Numbered from the stretch's first letter, positions 1 to 11,065 are shown. The stretch: 64,000 nucleotides of DNA from an uncultured Gemmatimonadales bacterium (GCA_963779755.1 CAVZZO010000003.1:320001-384000); one strand, 5' to 3'. A program made the numbers and translations. The notes: generated by a model from the sequence alone, not told the origin.

Positions 1-82
1 CCAGCGCGGAGCGCATGCTGAAGATCACGTGGGCGATGATCTGGCTGCGCAGCTCGTTAAGCCGCTCCCGGTTGGACGCCAT
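1..82 (-). CDS. 5' fragment of a gene running off the window, possibly ABC/MacB-type permease
   Basis: ATG at 82 just downstream of the RND adaptor stop; product guessed from context only. Confidence 0.35.
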   Translation of the reverse strand, partial: MASNRERLNELRSQIIAHVIFSMRSAL

Positions 83-91
83 CGCCCGGAC

Positions 92-1468
92 TCAGTTCCG
101 CGGCTGGGTGCCCGGGTTCTCCGCGGTATCGCCGCCCGCCACCGGGGCGCTGTCGCCGACCGCCTTCCCGGCCGGGGGCTCTCCGGCCTGGGACCCCGGT
201 AGCCGCTCGATTTCCATATGGTCGTGGTCGGCGGGTGCGGTGAGCAGCACGCGATCGTCCACCTTCAGGCCTTTGGCAATGACGACCTCGTCGTCGTTCA
301 TGGCGCCGGTGACCACCTCCTGCTTCACCACGTGCCCGCCGGACATCCGGTAGACATAGGGAATGCCCTGGTCGCTGTTCACCGCCTCGAGGGGCACGAA
401 GAGGACGCTGTCCGTGCTGAAGGTCTGGATGGCGTTGCCGGTAGTCATGCCCGGCCGCAACGTCGTATCCGGCTGCGCGACGTTGATCTTGACTTCGAAA
501 ACCTTGGCGTCGGCATTGGGGCGCTGCTCGCCCACATTGGCCACGCTGGTCACGGTCCCGCTCAGGTGCTTGGTGGGATCGGCATCCAGGGTGATCACGA
601 CCGGCTGCCCCGCCTTGATGTGGCGGATGTCGATCTCGTTGACGTAGGTCACCGATTCCATCTTGCTCAGGTCGGGGAGGGTGGCGACCCCGGGATCCCA
701 GGAGGTGACCTGCGAGCCGGTGGTTCGTTTGCGGCCGTTCCATTCTTTCACGTAGATGACCATTCCGGAGGACGGCGCCCGGATAGTGAACCCGGCCATG
801 ACGTCCTGCACCACCTTCAGCAGGTTCTGCTGCCGGGCAAGATCGGCACCGACCTCGCGCATCTTGGCCTTGGCCTGCTCCACCTTGGTGTCGTAATCGG
901 ACTTGGCCTGTGCCAGCGCACGGGTGGCCTTCTCGTAGTCGATTTCCGCCTGGCGCTTGACGGTGGGAGCCTCATAGACCGCCTGCTCCTTGGCCAACCG
1001 CTTTTCTTCGAGGCCCAGGTCCATGGAGCGGATGTTCTCCCGGGCCGTGGAGAGATTGAGGGTCGAATCGAGCATCGCCTGCTCATACTGCGCCTGCGCC
1101 TTCTGCAGGGCGAGCGTCACCTCGTTCATCTTGCTGGCCAGCGTCGAGCGATCCAGCTCGGCGACGACGTCGCCCTGCTTGACCAGGCTCCCCTCGGGCA
1201 CGATCGACTGGATCTTCATCTGGTAGGCACCCGCCTGCTGCGCGTTGGCCGGCGCCGTGATCTCGACAAACTCCTGGGCCTGCAGCTCCCCGGAAGAGTT
1301 GATGGTGACGGTGAATTTTCCCCGCTTCACCGGCGCCACCAGGGCGGCATCGCCCGCGTCGGCCCGGTGGGCGGCAAACCAGAGTGCGGGCACCCCGATC
1401 ACGGCCGCCAGCAGGAAGAGACGGCCGCCACGGGTGCGCGGCAGGCGCAGATAGGATGTGGCTGTCAT
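92..1468 (-). CDS. Efflux RND transporter periplasmic adaptor (HlyD/MacA-like)
   Basis: N-terminal anchor, lipoyl-like VPEGSLVKQGDVVAELD, coiled coil, IRAPSSGMV, LRPGMT. Confidence 0.88.
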   Translation of the reverse strand: MTATSYLRLPRTRGGRLFLLAAVIGVPALWFAAHRADAGDAALVAPVKRGKFTVTINSSGELQAQEFVEITAPANAQQAGAYQMKIQSIVPEGSLVKQGDVVAELDRSTLASKMNEVTLALQKAQAQYEQAMLDSTLNLSTARENIRSMDLGLEEKRLAKEQAVYEAPTVKRQAEIDYEKATRALAQAKSDYDTKVEQAKAKMREVGADLARQQNLLKVVQDVMAGFTIRAPSSGMVIYVKEWNGRKRTTGSQVTSWDPGVATLPDLSKMESVTYVNEIDIRHIKAGQPVVITLDADPTKHLSGTVTSVANVGEQRPNADAKVFEVKINVAQPDTTLRPGMTTGNAIQTFSTDSVLFVPLEAVNSDQGIPYVYRMSGGHVVKQEVVTGAMNDDEVVIAKGLKVDDRVLLTAPADHDHMEIERLPGSQAGEPPAGKAVGDSAPVAGGDTAENPGTQPRN

Positions 1469-1828
1469 GTCGATTTCCCCGGAAAAATGCCGGCCCGGCC
1501 CGGCCGGCTATCCCTTTGATGCCGCACCGCGGCGAAGGGTTGCATCGGGCCGTCACGGCCCCTGTGGGATAAGCTACGCCTGGTCAGGGAAGCGCAAGGG
1601 GGGAACCGGCCGAGAGTTGCGGATTGGGGGCCGCCCGGCTGCCACGGCCGGCGGTGTTCCACCGCGCATCTCCCCCCACCGAACCAAGCTGGGAGCGGCG
1701 ACTTGCGGACTCGTGGGCCGCAGATTACGGAAGCATGACAGCCGGGTGACATTCCCGCACCGGCAATTCCGCAGTCGTGTCTTCGCCCGCAGCCGGCGGA
1801 GACACGACCGAAGGAGTACCGGCCTGCT

Positions 1829-2044
1829 TCAGGCGGAGGCCGGAGGCTGTTTCCGCGTCGAGATGCGAAACAGGGTGTAAAGAGGACACCAACCGATCAG
1901 GCTGGTCACGAAGAAGGCGACTGCCACGACAGCCAGAATGATGGCCACGACGCCGCTCAGCCTGCCGCTGTACCAGAGCCAGGCAATGGCGGCGACGATG
2001 AGCAGTCGGATGAACCGGTCGGCGTTGCCCATATTTCTGGTCAT
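1829..2044 (-). CDS. DUF2892/YgaP-like small membrane protein
   Basis: MTRNMGNADRFIR...GWCPLYTLFRIST signature. Confidence 0.85.
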   Translation of the reverse strand: MTRNMGNADRFIRLLIVAAIAWLWYSGRLSGVVAIILAVVAVAFFVTSLIGWCPLYTLFRISTRKQPPASA

Positions 2045-2073
2045 GAGATCCTCTCGATCGGGGCCAGGCCCCG

Positions 2074-2715
2074 CTAGTGGTTGTACCGCCAACCGCAGAC
2101 TCCGGCCACGTAGAGCGCGCGGATGTCCTGCAGCAGCTCGGGCGCCACGGTGAAGGAATCCGGGCCGATCCGCCCGCGCAGACTGCGCACCGCCGCCAGG
2201 CGCCGGAACTGGCCGGGGCTCAGCGAGATCAGATAGACCCACAGGTCGTTCGGCGCCAGCGGGCGGTACGGCGAGAGTCGGGCGGCGCCCAGATTCAGCG
2301 TGGTGCCGTCGAGCTCCAGCACGACCGCCCGCTGATCCAGCGGCAGCGAATCGCGGCGCCCCACTTCGAGTTGCAGGATCAGGCCCGGCGCCGGCGTGGG
2401 CGGCGGCCCGGCGAACTGCATCCGTGCGGCCACCGACCGCACACCCGGTCGCTCCGATTTCGGCAGGCCACGATACAGCCCTGCGCTGGTACGGCCGAGG
2501 TCGGTCCGGAAGCTCCCGCTGATATGGCCCGCCATACGCTCGCCATGCGTCCCGATGGCGCTGTCGGAGGCGGGGCAGGCCCGGGCGAAGATCGGCCGCG
2601 CGAGGAGGCCGGAGTCCTGGGCCGCCAGTGGCCGGAACCACCCGGCCGCGAGCAGCAACAGGACCGACACACTCCGCGGCGGCCGGAGGCGAATTCGATA
2701 TCCAGGCGTCATCAT
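2074..2715 (-). CDS. Hypothetical exported protein
   Basis: Signal-peptide-like LLLLAAGWFRPLAAQ; co-oriented with neighbours. Confidence 0.55.
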   Translation of the reverse strand: MMTPGYRIRLRPPRSVSVLLLLAAGWFRPLAAQDSGLLARPIFARACPASDSAIGTHGERMAGHISGSFRTDLGRTSAGLYRGLPKSERPGVRSVAARMQFAGPPPTPAPGLILQLEVGRRDSLPLDQRAVVLELDGTTLNLGAARLSPYRPLAPNDLWVYLISLSPGQFRRLAAVRSLRGRIGPDSFTVAPELLQDIRALYVAGVCGWRYNH

Positions 2716-2778
2716 GTCTTTCGAAGATCGGGAGGAATCGATGAAGACAGCATGAAAGCCGGGGGAACCCCGGCGCCC

Positions 2779-3336
2779 TCAGCCCCCCGGCGAGGCGTCG
2801 ACGGGGCCGCCCCAGCGGACCCGGTAGAGACAGCGGGTGGCACCCTCCAGCTGGAAATGCCGGTCGAATACCAGGCCGCACTTGCGCAGCACGTGCTGCG
2901 AACCATGGTTGTCCTGGTTGGTCACGGCGACCACGGTCTCGCACCCGAGTATTCCACGGGCATGCTCCAGACACGCGGTGGCCGTCTCGGTGGCATAGCC
3001 CCTGCCCCACCAGGGCTGGTAGAACGCGTAGCCGACCTCGATCTCGTCCCTGCCCTCGACATCGAGGTGCCGCAGCAGGGCCCGCCCGATCGGCTCGGCA
3101 CCGCCGCGCTCGTAGACGATCCAGAGGCCGAAGTTGTACTGCACCCAGTGCCGCAGGTTGCGCTCGAGATACTGGGCGGTCTCCCCCTCGTCGCGCAGTC
3201 CGCCCAGGTGTGCCATCACCGCTTCATCGCGGTGCATGCGCAGGAGCTCGGCAGCATCGGCCTCCCGGAGACGCCGGGCCACCAGACGCGCGGTGGTGAA
3301 AGCGTCGGGCCAGCCATCGCGAGATGACAGGATCAT
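2779..3336 (-). CDS. GNAT N-acetyltransferase (RimJ/RimL family)
   Basis: TARLVARR, EIEVGY, WGRGYATE, NHGSQHVLRKCG. Confidence 0.9.
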   Translation of the reverse strand: MILSSRDGWPDAFTTARLVARRLREADAAELLRMHRDEAVMAHLGGLRDEGETAQYLERNLRHWVQYNFGLWIVYERGGAEPIGRALLRHLDVEGRDEIEVGYAFYQPWWGRGYATETATACLEHARGILGCETVVAVTNQDNHGSQHVLRKCGLVFDRHFQLEGATRCLYRVRWGGPVDASPGG

Positions 3337-3435
3337 GTTTCTCTCAGGAGGTCGCAGGTCCGGAGCAGGGCGCTGCCGGGAGCAGAGCGGGGGGATGCTG
3401 AATGGCAGGGGCAGATGGCCGCGCAGAGTGCGCCC

Positions 3436-3795
3436 TCATTCCTTCTTTCGGCTCCTGCGGGGCCGTTTCCGCCGGGCCTCGGCGACCGCGATGGCCTTGT
3501 GCATCCACCTCTCCAGCGCCGCGGTGTCCTCCAGCAGGTCACCCGGAATCTCGTAGTACTGCATCACCTCGCCCTCCGGGCCGCCGGGACGGAACGGTCC
3601 CAACCCGAGCTCCAGGTAGTCGCCGCGATTGGAATCGTCCACCTTGAAGTAGACGATATCGTCGTCCATGAGCGCGAAGAACAACTCGCCCGCGTAGATC
3701 CCGACCCCGCCGAACATGTTGCGGGCACGGATATCCGATCGGACCCGGCCAAGCTGGTCGAGCGCAAAGGCGCGGAAGCCGGGGCTGACCGGCAT
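3436..3795 (-). CDS. TfoX/Sxy N-terminal domain protein
   Basis: RNMFGGVGIY...FALMDDDIVYFKVD motif; start set at MPVSPG. Confidence 0.88.
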   Translation of the reverse strand: MPVSPGFRAFALDQLGRVRSDIRARNMFGGVGIYAGELFFALMDDDIVYFKVDDSNRGDYLELGLGPFRPGGPEGEVMQYYEIPGDLLEDTAALERWMHKAIAVAEARRKRPRRSRKKE

Positions 3796-3982
3796 CAGGA
3801 CCCCGGATTCAAACGCAGGTCGGCGGGCTGGGACAGCATGCCGGCATGGCCGGCATGGATGTCCGTGATCCAGTCCTGCCCGCACCGCGGCCGGAGATGA
3901 TAGTCCGCCGGCGGCGCGCACTCCGGGACGGCGCCGCGCGAATACATCGCGGCCGCCACCGGGGAGTCGTGCCGCGCGAGCG

Positions 3983-4264
3983 TCACGGAGCGGCGTGGGC
4001 CGAGTCGGACGCCGGCCAGGGCCAGCCGGCCCGGGTACGGATCTCCATGCATCGGTCGCGGCCGCTGGGGACGGTGCTGTCGGCCCGGGCGGTATCGGCG
4101 GCGGTGCGGGCGGACTGGTAGAGCTCGGCGCACTGCCGGGAGGCTCGGCTGGTATAGAGATGGGTCATCACCCAGCCAGCCGCCACGAGAAAGATGGCCG
4201 CGGCCAGCAGTACCACCAGGCGCGGCGGCCGGGAGCCCGGCCCCCGCTCAGGAGGGGCGGTCAT
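3983..4264 (-). CDS. Hypothetical small membrane-anchored protein
   Basis: One hydrophobic segment; co-oriented. Confidence 0.4.
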   Translation of the reverse strand: MTAPPERGPGSRPPRLVVLLAAAIFLVAAGWVMTHLYTSRASRQCAELYQSARTAADTARADSTVPSGRDRCMEIRTRAGWPWPASDSAHAAP

Positions 4265-4674
4265 GGCCGCACCGCCGCGTGAGCGGCATCAAGGGGTTGT
4301 CTACCGCTGTTCCTGTGCCCATGCCGCGTACCCCACCACCAGAGGCCCGAAGGTCCCCAGCAGCAGACCGGAATAGAACAGGGCTTCGCCATAGTCATAC
4401 GCCTCGATGTGGAAGCTCAGGGCGAGCAGGCCCACACCCGCGAGTAGAAAGCCAGCGAGACCAGGATGACCCCGCAGATCCGTCGCCGGACGCGGCGCTC
4501 TTCCTGTCGGGTCCACTCAGCGTGCCGTCGCTCCTGCGCCAGCCGCTCGTCGGAGAGGGTGAGGAGATTCGCCATGGCTGCAGCGCCGGACGGTCTCCCG
4601 GCGTCTTCTCAATTTCCTGCCCGGCGGCCGGAACTGCAAGCCTGGGGGAGATAGCGCCGGAGCGCCGGGCGGCG

Positions 4675-5328
4675 TCAACGCGGGCCGGCGACGCCCTTCA
4701 GTGCCGCGCGGTGACTGGCCAGGGCTTCGTCATAGGAGGCGGCGGCAAACCCCAGATCGCGCAGAAGGCCATCCTGCAGCCGGTAGATCCACCCGTGCAC
4801 CGCGAGGGGCTGGCCTCGCGCCCAGGCGTCCTGGACCACCGTTGTCCGGCAGACATGCACCGCCTGCTCCAGCACGTTGAGGGCGCAGAGCAGGTCGATG
4901 CGCGCCGCGTCGTCGGCGCAGCCGCCCAGCAGGCCCGCATGCCGCTCGGCCACATCCTGCACATGCCGGAGCCAGTTGTCGATCAGTCCGAGCGGCTGGG
5001 CGCGCCAGGCCGCCTGGACGCCGCCGCAGCCGTAATGACCGCAGACAATGATGTGCTCGACCTTGAGAACCTCGACCGCATACTGCACCACCGAAAGGCA
5101 GTTGAGATCGGTGTGCACCACCACGTTCGCCACATTACGATGGACGAACATCTCCCCCGGGTCCAGCCCGGTGATCTCATTGGCGGGGACCCGGCTGTCG
5201 GCGCAGCCGATCCAGAGGTAGCGGGGATTCTGCTGATGGGCCAGCCGGTCAAAGAACCGCGGGTTCCGTGCGGTCATGCCACGGGCCCAGGCCTGGTTCC
5301 TGGCGAGCAGGTTTGCGAGGGGGTCCAT
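4675..5328 (-). CDS. can: Beta-class carbonic anhydrase
   Basis: WIGCADSRVP, FVHRNVAN, CGHYGCGG zinc motifs. Confidence 0.95.
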   Translation of the reverse strand: MDPLANLLARNQAWARGMTARNPRFFDRLAHQQNPRYLWIGCADSRVPANEITGLDPGEMFVHRNVANVVVHTDLNCLSVVQYAVEVLKVEHIIVCGHYGCGGVQAAWRAQPLGLIDNWLRHVQDVAERHAGLLGGCADDAARIDLLCALNVLEQAVHVCRTTVVQDAWARGQPLAVHGWIYRLQDGLLRDLGFAAASYDEALASHRAALKGVAGPR

Positions 5329-5888
5329 GGCGGTGGAAGATACTCAAGCCGCGCCCGGGGACAGGCCGGTCCATCTCAAGTGCTTGCCCTGCAATGGGAT
5401 GCCATCGCCGGCCGGCAGCGTCAGGAGCGTCGCCCGCAGCCGGGAAACGGGGGGACGTATGGTCCGTGTTGTCCCGGAGAGGAGTCGCGCTCATCGCTGG
5501 CCGCCACCCTGCCGCGAGGATGCCGGCAGACAACCCTGCATCTCACTTGACGTGGCGGCGGCCGCTCAACACCTTAAAGCGGCTGCAGGCGCGCAGAGTT
5601 GGAGCGTTTCCGTGCCTCCCCCCTCTGGCGTCCGCGTTACCTGATCCGTAGACTAACCCCCGCCCCAGGACATGTCCCCCTGCCCTGGCGCAATCGATGT
5701 GCTGCCAAGGTGATAACACAGGGCAACATGCGGGATCTTCGATCTCCTGCAGGGTCCAGTTGTCCGTCCTCTTACCGCGCTCCAGGCGCGGCGTCGGGCC
5801 GTCGGCCCGGCGCCTTGGTGTTTTCCACCGCTCCGGACGCTCTCCGACGGGGCTTTTCCAGTAGCTCACATCTGAAAGGACGTAGCAC

Positions 5889-8849
5889 ATGAAATGGCTA
5901 CGCTACGGAACCGGCGTGGTCCTGGCAGCACTCTGGATTACGCCGCTCGGCGCCCAGGAGCCCACAGGCACCATCCGCGGGCAGGTGACTGACGCCACCT
6001 CGCAAAAGCCGCTGCAGGGCGTGACCATCAGCATCGGCGGTCATGTCGCGCAGAGCGGGACCGATGGTCGCTATTCCATCGGCGGTATCGCGGCCGGTAC
6101 CGATACCCTCCATGCGCGGATGATCGGCTATGATGCGATCGGGCGTGCAGTGACCGTGCGGGCGGGCGAAACGATCGACGTCGCTCTCGCCATGAGCGCG
6201 CATGCGCTGAACCTGGCGGAGATCGTGGCCGTCGGCTACGGCGAGCAACAGGCGGGTAACATCACGGGCGCCGTCTCCCAACTCAACTCGGACGAGTTCA
6301 ACACCGGGCGGGTCGTAACCCCCTCCGAGCTGATTCAGAACAAGGTGGCCGGCGTTCAGGTGGTCGAGAGCAACGAGCCCGGCGGGACCACGCAGATCCG
6401 GATCCGCGGCAACACTTCCACCACGGCGAGCAACAACCCGCTGATCGTGGTTGACGGCATGCCGCTGGCATCCGGGACGAACATCGGACGTGACCCTCTC
6501 AATTTCATCAACTCCGAGGATATCGCGAGCATCACCGTGCTGCGCGACGCCTCGGCTGCCTCGATCTACGGGACCAATTCGGCCAACGGCGTGATCCTGA
6601 TCACCACCAAGAAGGGCCAGGGCGCACCGAGCATCGAGTACAGCGGCAGCGTGTCGGCCTCCACGGTGAACGGCCTGCCCTCGATGCTGAACAACGCCCA
6701 GTTCCGGACCGCGGTGGAGCAGTACGCGCCCCAGAACGTGAACCAGCTGGGCAATTCCGCCACCTACTGGTTCAACCAGGTGGACCGCACGGCGATCGGA
6801 CAGGAGCAGAACGTGGCCATTTCCGGGGCGGGCGAAAGCAACAACTACCGGATCTCGGCCAACTACCTGGACCAGCAGGGCGTGATGAAGGGGACGGAAA
6901 CCCAGCGCATGTCACTGGGGGTCAACTACAACCAGCTGCTCTTCAAGGACAAACTGAACCTCCGGCTGAGCCTGCGCGGATCGCGGGCCGTGGAGCACTT
7001 CACGCCCGGCGGCGTGATTTCGAACGCGGCCCAGATGGGCCCGACCCAGCCAATTTACGACAGCACCAGCGCGACGGGTTTCTTCAATTGGACCGGCGGC
7101 ATCCAGTCGGCCGATAATCCGGTCGAAATCCTGGACCTGTCGAAGAACCAGGGCAACACCCTGCGCAGCGTGGGGAACGTCCAGGCCAGCTATCAGCTGC
7201 CGCGCATCAGCGGTCTCTCGGCGAACGTCAACCTCGGCTACGACGTGAGCAAAGCCAGCCAGGTCAGCTTCAGTCCGAGCGTGCTGCACGCGCAGATCAA
7301 GAACGGGAACTACGGCAACTACTTCCGGCAGGATCCCTACCAGCTCAACAGCACCATCGAGCCGTACCTGGATTATCTGGTTCCCCGCCAGCTGGGGCCG
7401 GGGAACCTGGAGCTGACGGCAGGGTATTCCTACACGAAGTTGCACTCCGAGTTTCCGCAGACCTCGGTCGACAGTTTGAGCACCAACCAGCTGGGCATCA
7501 ACGGAATTCCGGCGGCCAAGACCGTCAACAGCCGGCAATACGTGGCCGAGAGCAAGCTCATCTCGTTCTTCGGTCGAGCGAACTACAATATCAAGGACCG
7601 CTACATCCTTAACATGAGCCTCCGGCGCGACGGCTCGTCGCGGTTCGGCCCCGGCAACCAGTGGGGCACGTTCCCCTCGGTGGCCGCCGCGTGGCGTATC
7701 TCGGAGGAATCGTTCATTCCACGCTCCTGGAACCTCTCGGATCTCAAGCTGCGGGCCTCCTGGGCGGAGACTGGGAACCAGAGCTTCGGTGATTATCTCT
7801 GGTCCACCGCCTACACCGTGAGCGACGCCGAGGCGCAGTACTGGATGGGCGCCGACGGGTTCGTAACCACGATCCGTCCCAGCGCGGTGGATACCAACGT
7901 CAAGTGGGAGCAGACCCGCTCGGTCGACGTGGGTCTTGATTTCGGGTTTGCCAACCAGCGGTTCACCGGCTCGATAGACTGGTACGACAAGAAGACCAGC
8001 GACCTGATCTTCTCTGTCCCGGCGGCTGCCGGAACCGTCCCGGGCGACTTCATCACCACCAACCTGGGAAGCATGCGCAACCGGGGCATCGAGTTCAGCC
8101 TGAGTGCCAACGTGTTGCGCGGCGGGTCGACCGGACGGGGACTCCGCTGGACGACCGATTTCACCGCTTCCCACCTCAGCAATGAGCTGCTGACCATCAC
8201 GCCGTACGGCGGCGGGGGCCAGCAGATCCTGGTGGGCGGCATCGCCGGCGGCGTGGGCCAGACCATCCAGGTCTATACTCCGGGCGTGCCGGTCAATTCG
8301 TTCTTCGTGTACAAGCAGAAGTACGATGCCGCCGGCAAGCCGATCCAGGGCGAGTATGAGGACCTGAACGGCGACGGGATCATCAATCAGCTCGATCTCC
8401 GGCCGTTCCATGATCCGGCCCCACACTGGATGTTCGGCCACTCCTCCTACCTGAATTACAGGAATTTCGACCTGAGCTTCACCCTGCGGGCATACCTGGG
8501 CAACTACGTCTACAACAACGTCGCGTCCAACCTGGGTAGCTATTCCGAGGTCACCCGCGGCTCACCCTATAACTTGCACTCCTCCGTGCTGGAGACCGGG
8601 TTCACCACGCCGCAGTACTTCTCGGATTACTACGTGGAGAAGGCGTCGTTCCTCCGCATGGATAACCTGACGCTCGGGTATTCCTTCAACCTCCGGGGAC
8701 AGGCCGCGCGACTGTACGGAACCGTGCAGGACGTCTTCACGATCACCGGTTACAGCGGCGTGGATCCTACCGCCGGCATCAACGGCATTGACAACAACCT
8801 CTATCCCCGCTCCCGCATCTTCACCGGCGGCATGAGCATCCGGTTCTGA
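5889..8849 (+). CDS. SusC/RagA family TonB-dependent receptor
   Basis: Carboxypeptidase-regulatory-like N-domain, plug LRDASAASIYG..NGVILITTKKG, RRDGSSRFG, C-terminal Phe. Confidence 0.95.
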   Translation: MKWLRYGTGVVLAALWITPLGAQEPTGTIRGQVTDATSQKPLQGVTISIGGHVAQSGTDGRYSIGGIAAGTDTLHARMIGYDAIGRAVTVRAGETIDVALAMSAHALNLAEIVAVGYGEQQAGNITGAVSQLNSDEFNTGRVVTPSELIQNKVAGVQVVESNEPGGTTQIRIRGNTSTTASNNPLIVVDGMPLASGTNIGRDPLNFINSEDIASITVLRDASAASIYGTNSANGVILITTKKGQGAPSIEYSGSVSASTVNGLPSMLNNAQFRTAVEQYAPQNVNQLGNSATYWFNQVDRTAIGQEQNVAISGAGESNNYRISANYLDQQGVMKGTETQRMSLGVNYNQLLFKDKLNLRLSLRGSRAVEHFTPGGVISNAAQMGPTQPIYDSTSATGFFNWTGGIQSADNPVEILDLSKNQGNTLRSVGNVQASYQLPRISGLSANVNLGYDVSKASQVSFSPSVLHAQIKNGNYGNYFRQDPYQLNSTIEPYLDYLVPRQLGPGNLELTAGYSYTKLHSEFPQTSVDSLSTNQLGINGIPAAKTVNSRQYVAESKLISFFGRANYNIKDRYILNMSLRRDGSSRFGPGNQWGTFPSVAAAWRISEESFIPRSWNLSDLKLRASWAETGNQSFGDYLWSTAYTVSDAEAQYWMGADGFVTTIRPSAVDTNVKWEQTRSVDVGLDFGFANQRFTGSIDWYDKKTSDLIFSVPAAAGTVPGDFITTNLGSMRNRGIEFSLSANVLRGGSTGRGLRWTTDFTASHLSNELLTITPYGGGGQQILVGGIAGGVGQTIQVYTPGVPVNSFFVYKQKYDAAGKPIQGEYEDLNGDGIINQLDLRPFHDPAPHWMFGHSSYLNYRNFDLSFTLRAYLGNYVYNNVASNLGSYSEVTRGSPYNLHSSVLETGFTTPQYFSDYYVEKASFLRMDNLTLGYSFNLRGQAARLYGTVQDVFTITGYSGVDPTAGINGIDNNLYPRSRIFTGGMSIRF

Positions 8850-8884
8850 ACGGGAAACCCGATCCTATGATAAGGGACAGAATC

Positions 8885-10450
8885 ATGACTCGCAGATTCC
8901 GCAGCCTTCTCCTCGGTGCCGCCGCCGCGCTGAGTCTGGGCCTGGGTGCCTGCACCGACCCGACCACCAGCCCGCTGAGCACCATCGGCGAGGGAGTGAC
9001 CTTCAACGACCCGAGCTCGTATCTGGCGTTCCTGGCCAAGATCTACGCCGGGCTTTCGACCAGCGGCCAGCAGGGGCCGGCGGGCGACGGGGACATTTCC
9101 ACCATCAACGACGAGGGCTTCTCGCAGTACATGCGGCTCTACTGGGAGCACCAGGAGCTGCCGACGGACGAGGCCGTGCTCGCCTGGAACGACGGTTCGG
9201 TCCAGGACTTCAATAGCATGGTGTGGGGATCGGCCAACGATTTCCTCTCCGCCATGTTCGCCCGGATTTATCTCCAAGTCACGTGGAGCAACCTCTTCCT
9301 GGCCGAAACCACGGATGAGAAGCTCGCGGAACGGGGCGTCAGTAACGCGCTGAAGACCAAGATCACGCAGTACCGCGCCGAAGCCCGTTTCCTCCGAGCG
9401 TTGAGTTACTGGCACGGACTGGACCTGTTCGGCTCGATTCCGATCGTGACGGCGAACAACCCCACCCCACCGCAGCAGAACACCCGGCAGGAGGTCTACG
9501 ATTTCGTGGTGAGCGAGTTGAATGATATCAAGCCGGACCTGCCCTCAGCGGGCCCCGGCACCTACGGCCGCGCCACCAAGGAAGCCGCCGACATGCTGCT
9601 GGCCAACATCTACCTCAACGCCGAAGTGTACACCGGCACGCCCCACTATGCCGAGGCGCTGGCGGCGGCGCAGGCGGTGATCGCCGGCCCGTTCTCGCTG
9701 GATCCATCCTATGCCCATCTGTTCCAGGCGGATAACAATACCTCGCCGGAAATCATCTTCCCGGTCGTTCAGGACGGGATTCACAGCCAGAGTTACGGCG
9801 GAACGACGTTCCTGATCCATGCCGCCTGCGGTGGGGATATGGATCCGAGTGTGTATGGGGTGGACGGCTGCTGGTGGGGGCTGCGACTGAAGCCCGAGGC
9901 GTACAACATGGTTTCGACGGACCCTCGACACAGCGGATACCTGTTCAGCACGAACCAGACGGTGGGGATCTCCTCCCTGACCAATTTCAACGACGGGATC
10001 GCCGCGCCCAAGTTCACCAACAAGACTTCGACCGGCGGTACGGGCTCGAACATCGCGTTCCCGGACACCGATTTCCCGATGTTCCGGCTGGGAGAGGCGT
10101 ACCTGATCTATGCCGAGGCCGCCGTTCGCACCAACAGCAATCTGCCGCAGGCGCTCGCCTATGTGAACGCCCTGCGCGAACGCGCCTATGGAAACACCAG
10201 CGGTGATATCACCGCGCCCGAGCTCACCTTGCAGTTCCTGCTGGACGAGCGCATGCGAGAGCTCCTCTGGGAAGCCCACCGGCGCACCGACCTGATCCGC
10301 TTCGGCGTGTTCACGGGCGGCACGTACCTCTGGGCCTGGAAGGGCAACGTCGAGGCGGGCCAGGCAACCGATGCCCACCTGGACCTGTATCCGATTCCGG
10401 CCAAGCAGCTTTCGGCCAACCCCAACCTCACGCAGAACCCCGGATACTGA
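8885..10450 (+). CDS. SusD/RagB family glycan-binding lipoprotein
   Basis: Lipobox LGAC, AEARFLRALSYW, ERMRELLWEAHRRTDLIRFG, LTQNPGY end; alternative start 8867. Confidence 0.95.
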   Translation: MTRRFRSLLLGAAAALSLGLGACTDPTTSPLSTIGEGVTFNDPSSYLAFLAKIYAGLSTSGQQGPAGDGDISTINDEGFSQYMRLYWEHQELPTDEAVLAWNDGSVQDFNSMVWGSANDFLSAMFARIYLQVTWSNLFLAETTDEKLAERGVSNALKTKITQYRAEARFLRALSYWHGLDLFGSIPIVTANNPTPPQQNTRQEVYDFVVSELNDIKPDLPSAGPGTYGRATKEAADMLLANIYLNAEVYTGTPHYAEALAAAQAVIAGPFSLDPSYAHLFQADNNTSPEIIFPVVQDGIHSQSYGGTTFLIHAACGGDMDPSVYGVDGCWWGLRLKPEAYNMVSTDPRHSGYLFSTNQTVGISSLTNFNDGIAAPKFTNKTSTGGTGSNIAFPDTDFPMFRLGEAYLIYAEAAVRTNSNLPQALAYVNALRERAYGNTSGDITAPELTLQFLLDERMRELLWEAHRRTDLIRFGVFTGGTYLWAWKGNVEAGQATDAHLDLYPIPAKQLSANPNLTQNPGY

Positions 10451-10597
10451 TCCGGGGTCGCTGCGTGCACCAACCCTCCGCAGCTCCGCCGCCAGACCGG
10501 CGGCGGGGCTGTGGCCCGTGCCTGAATCTGCTACCTATAACATGAGGCGTCCTCTCCCGCTGGCCGCGGGCGGCGTACTCCTGTTCGGCGAGCATTG

Positions 10598-10760
10598 CTA
10601 CCGGCATGCCCCCCAGTACGTACTGCGACCGCCTTTCGGGGGGGGATCCAAGGCGCAAGGTGTGCCGGCCGGAGCATCACGGTCGCCGCGGACGGCACGG
10701 TCCAGGTCGCCCTGCCGCCCATGACGGCACTGGTGATCGATGCCGCGACCGGGCTCCGAA
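10598..10760 (+). pseudogene. Remnant of an alpha-amylase C-terminal beta domain
   Basis: GMPPSTYCDRLSGG in one frame continues as GRSITVAADGTVQVALPPMTALVID in another; no catalytic domain upstream. Confidence 0.55.
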
Positions 10761-10809
10761 ATTGTTTCGCTGTCAGCTGCCTCCAGGCTGCCTCCGGTCG
10801 TTCATGGAG

Positions 10810-10985
10810 AATCCACAGATTACACAGATTGTCACAGATTCTGCTCTGATAGAACCGTGGTTCCAGCCGGGTTCTCCGGCTACGGGATGAAAACGCAATC
10901 AACGTTTGAGTGGTCAGGGCAAGGCTCCGTGGAGCTGCGCAAGTGAAGGAGATAAATCTGTGTCAATCTGTGTAATCTGTGGATT
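10810..10985. repeat. 31-bp inverted repeat pair with internal CACAGATT periodicity
   Basis: 10810-10840 AATCCACAGATTACACAGATTGTCACAGATT matches the reverse complement of 10955-10985 at 30/31. Confidence 0.85.
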
Positions 10986-11065
10986 CCCAACCGGACCGAA
11001 GCCCGTCGGACACCGCGAGGGTCCGCCGTAAGGAACCGGCGTTTCTAGCTGAGGAGACTTCTTTG

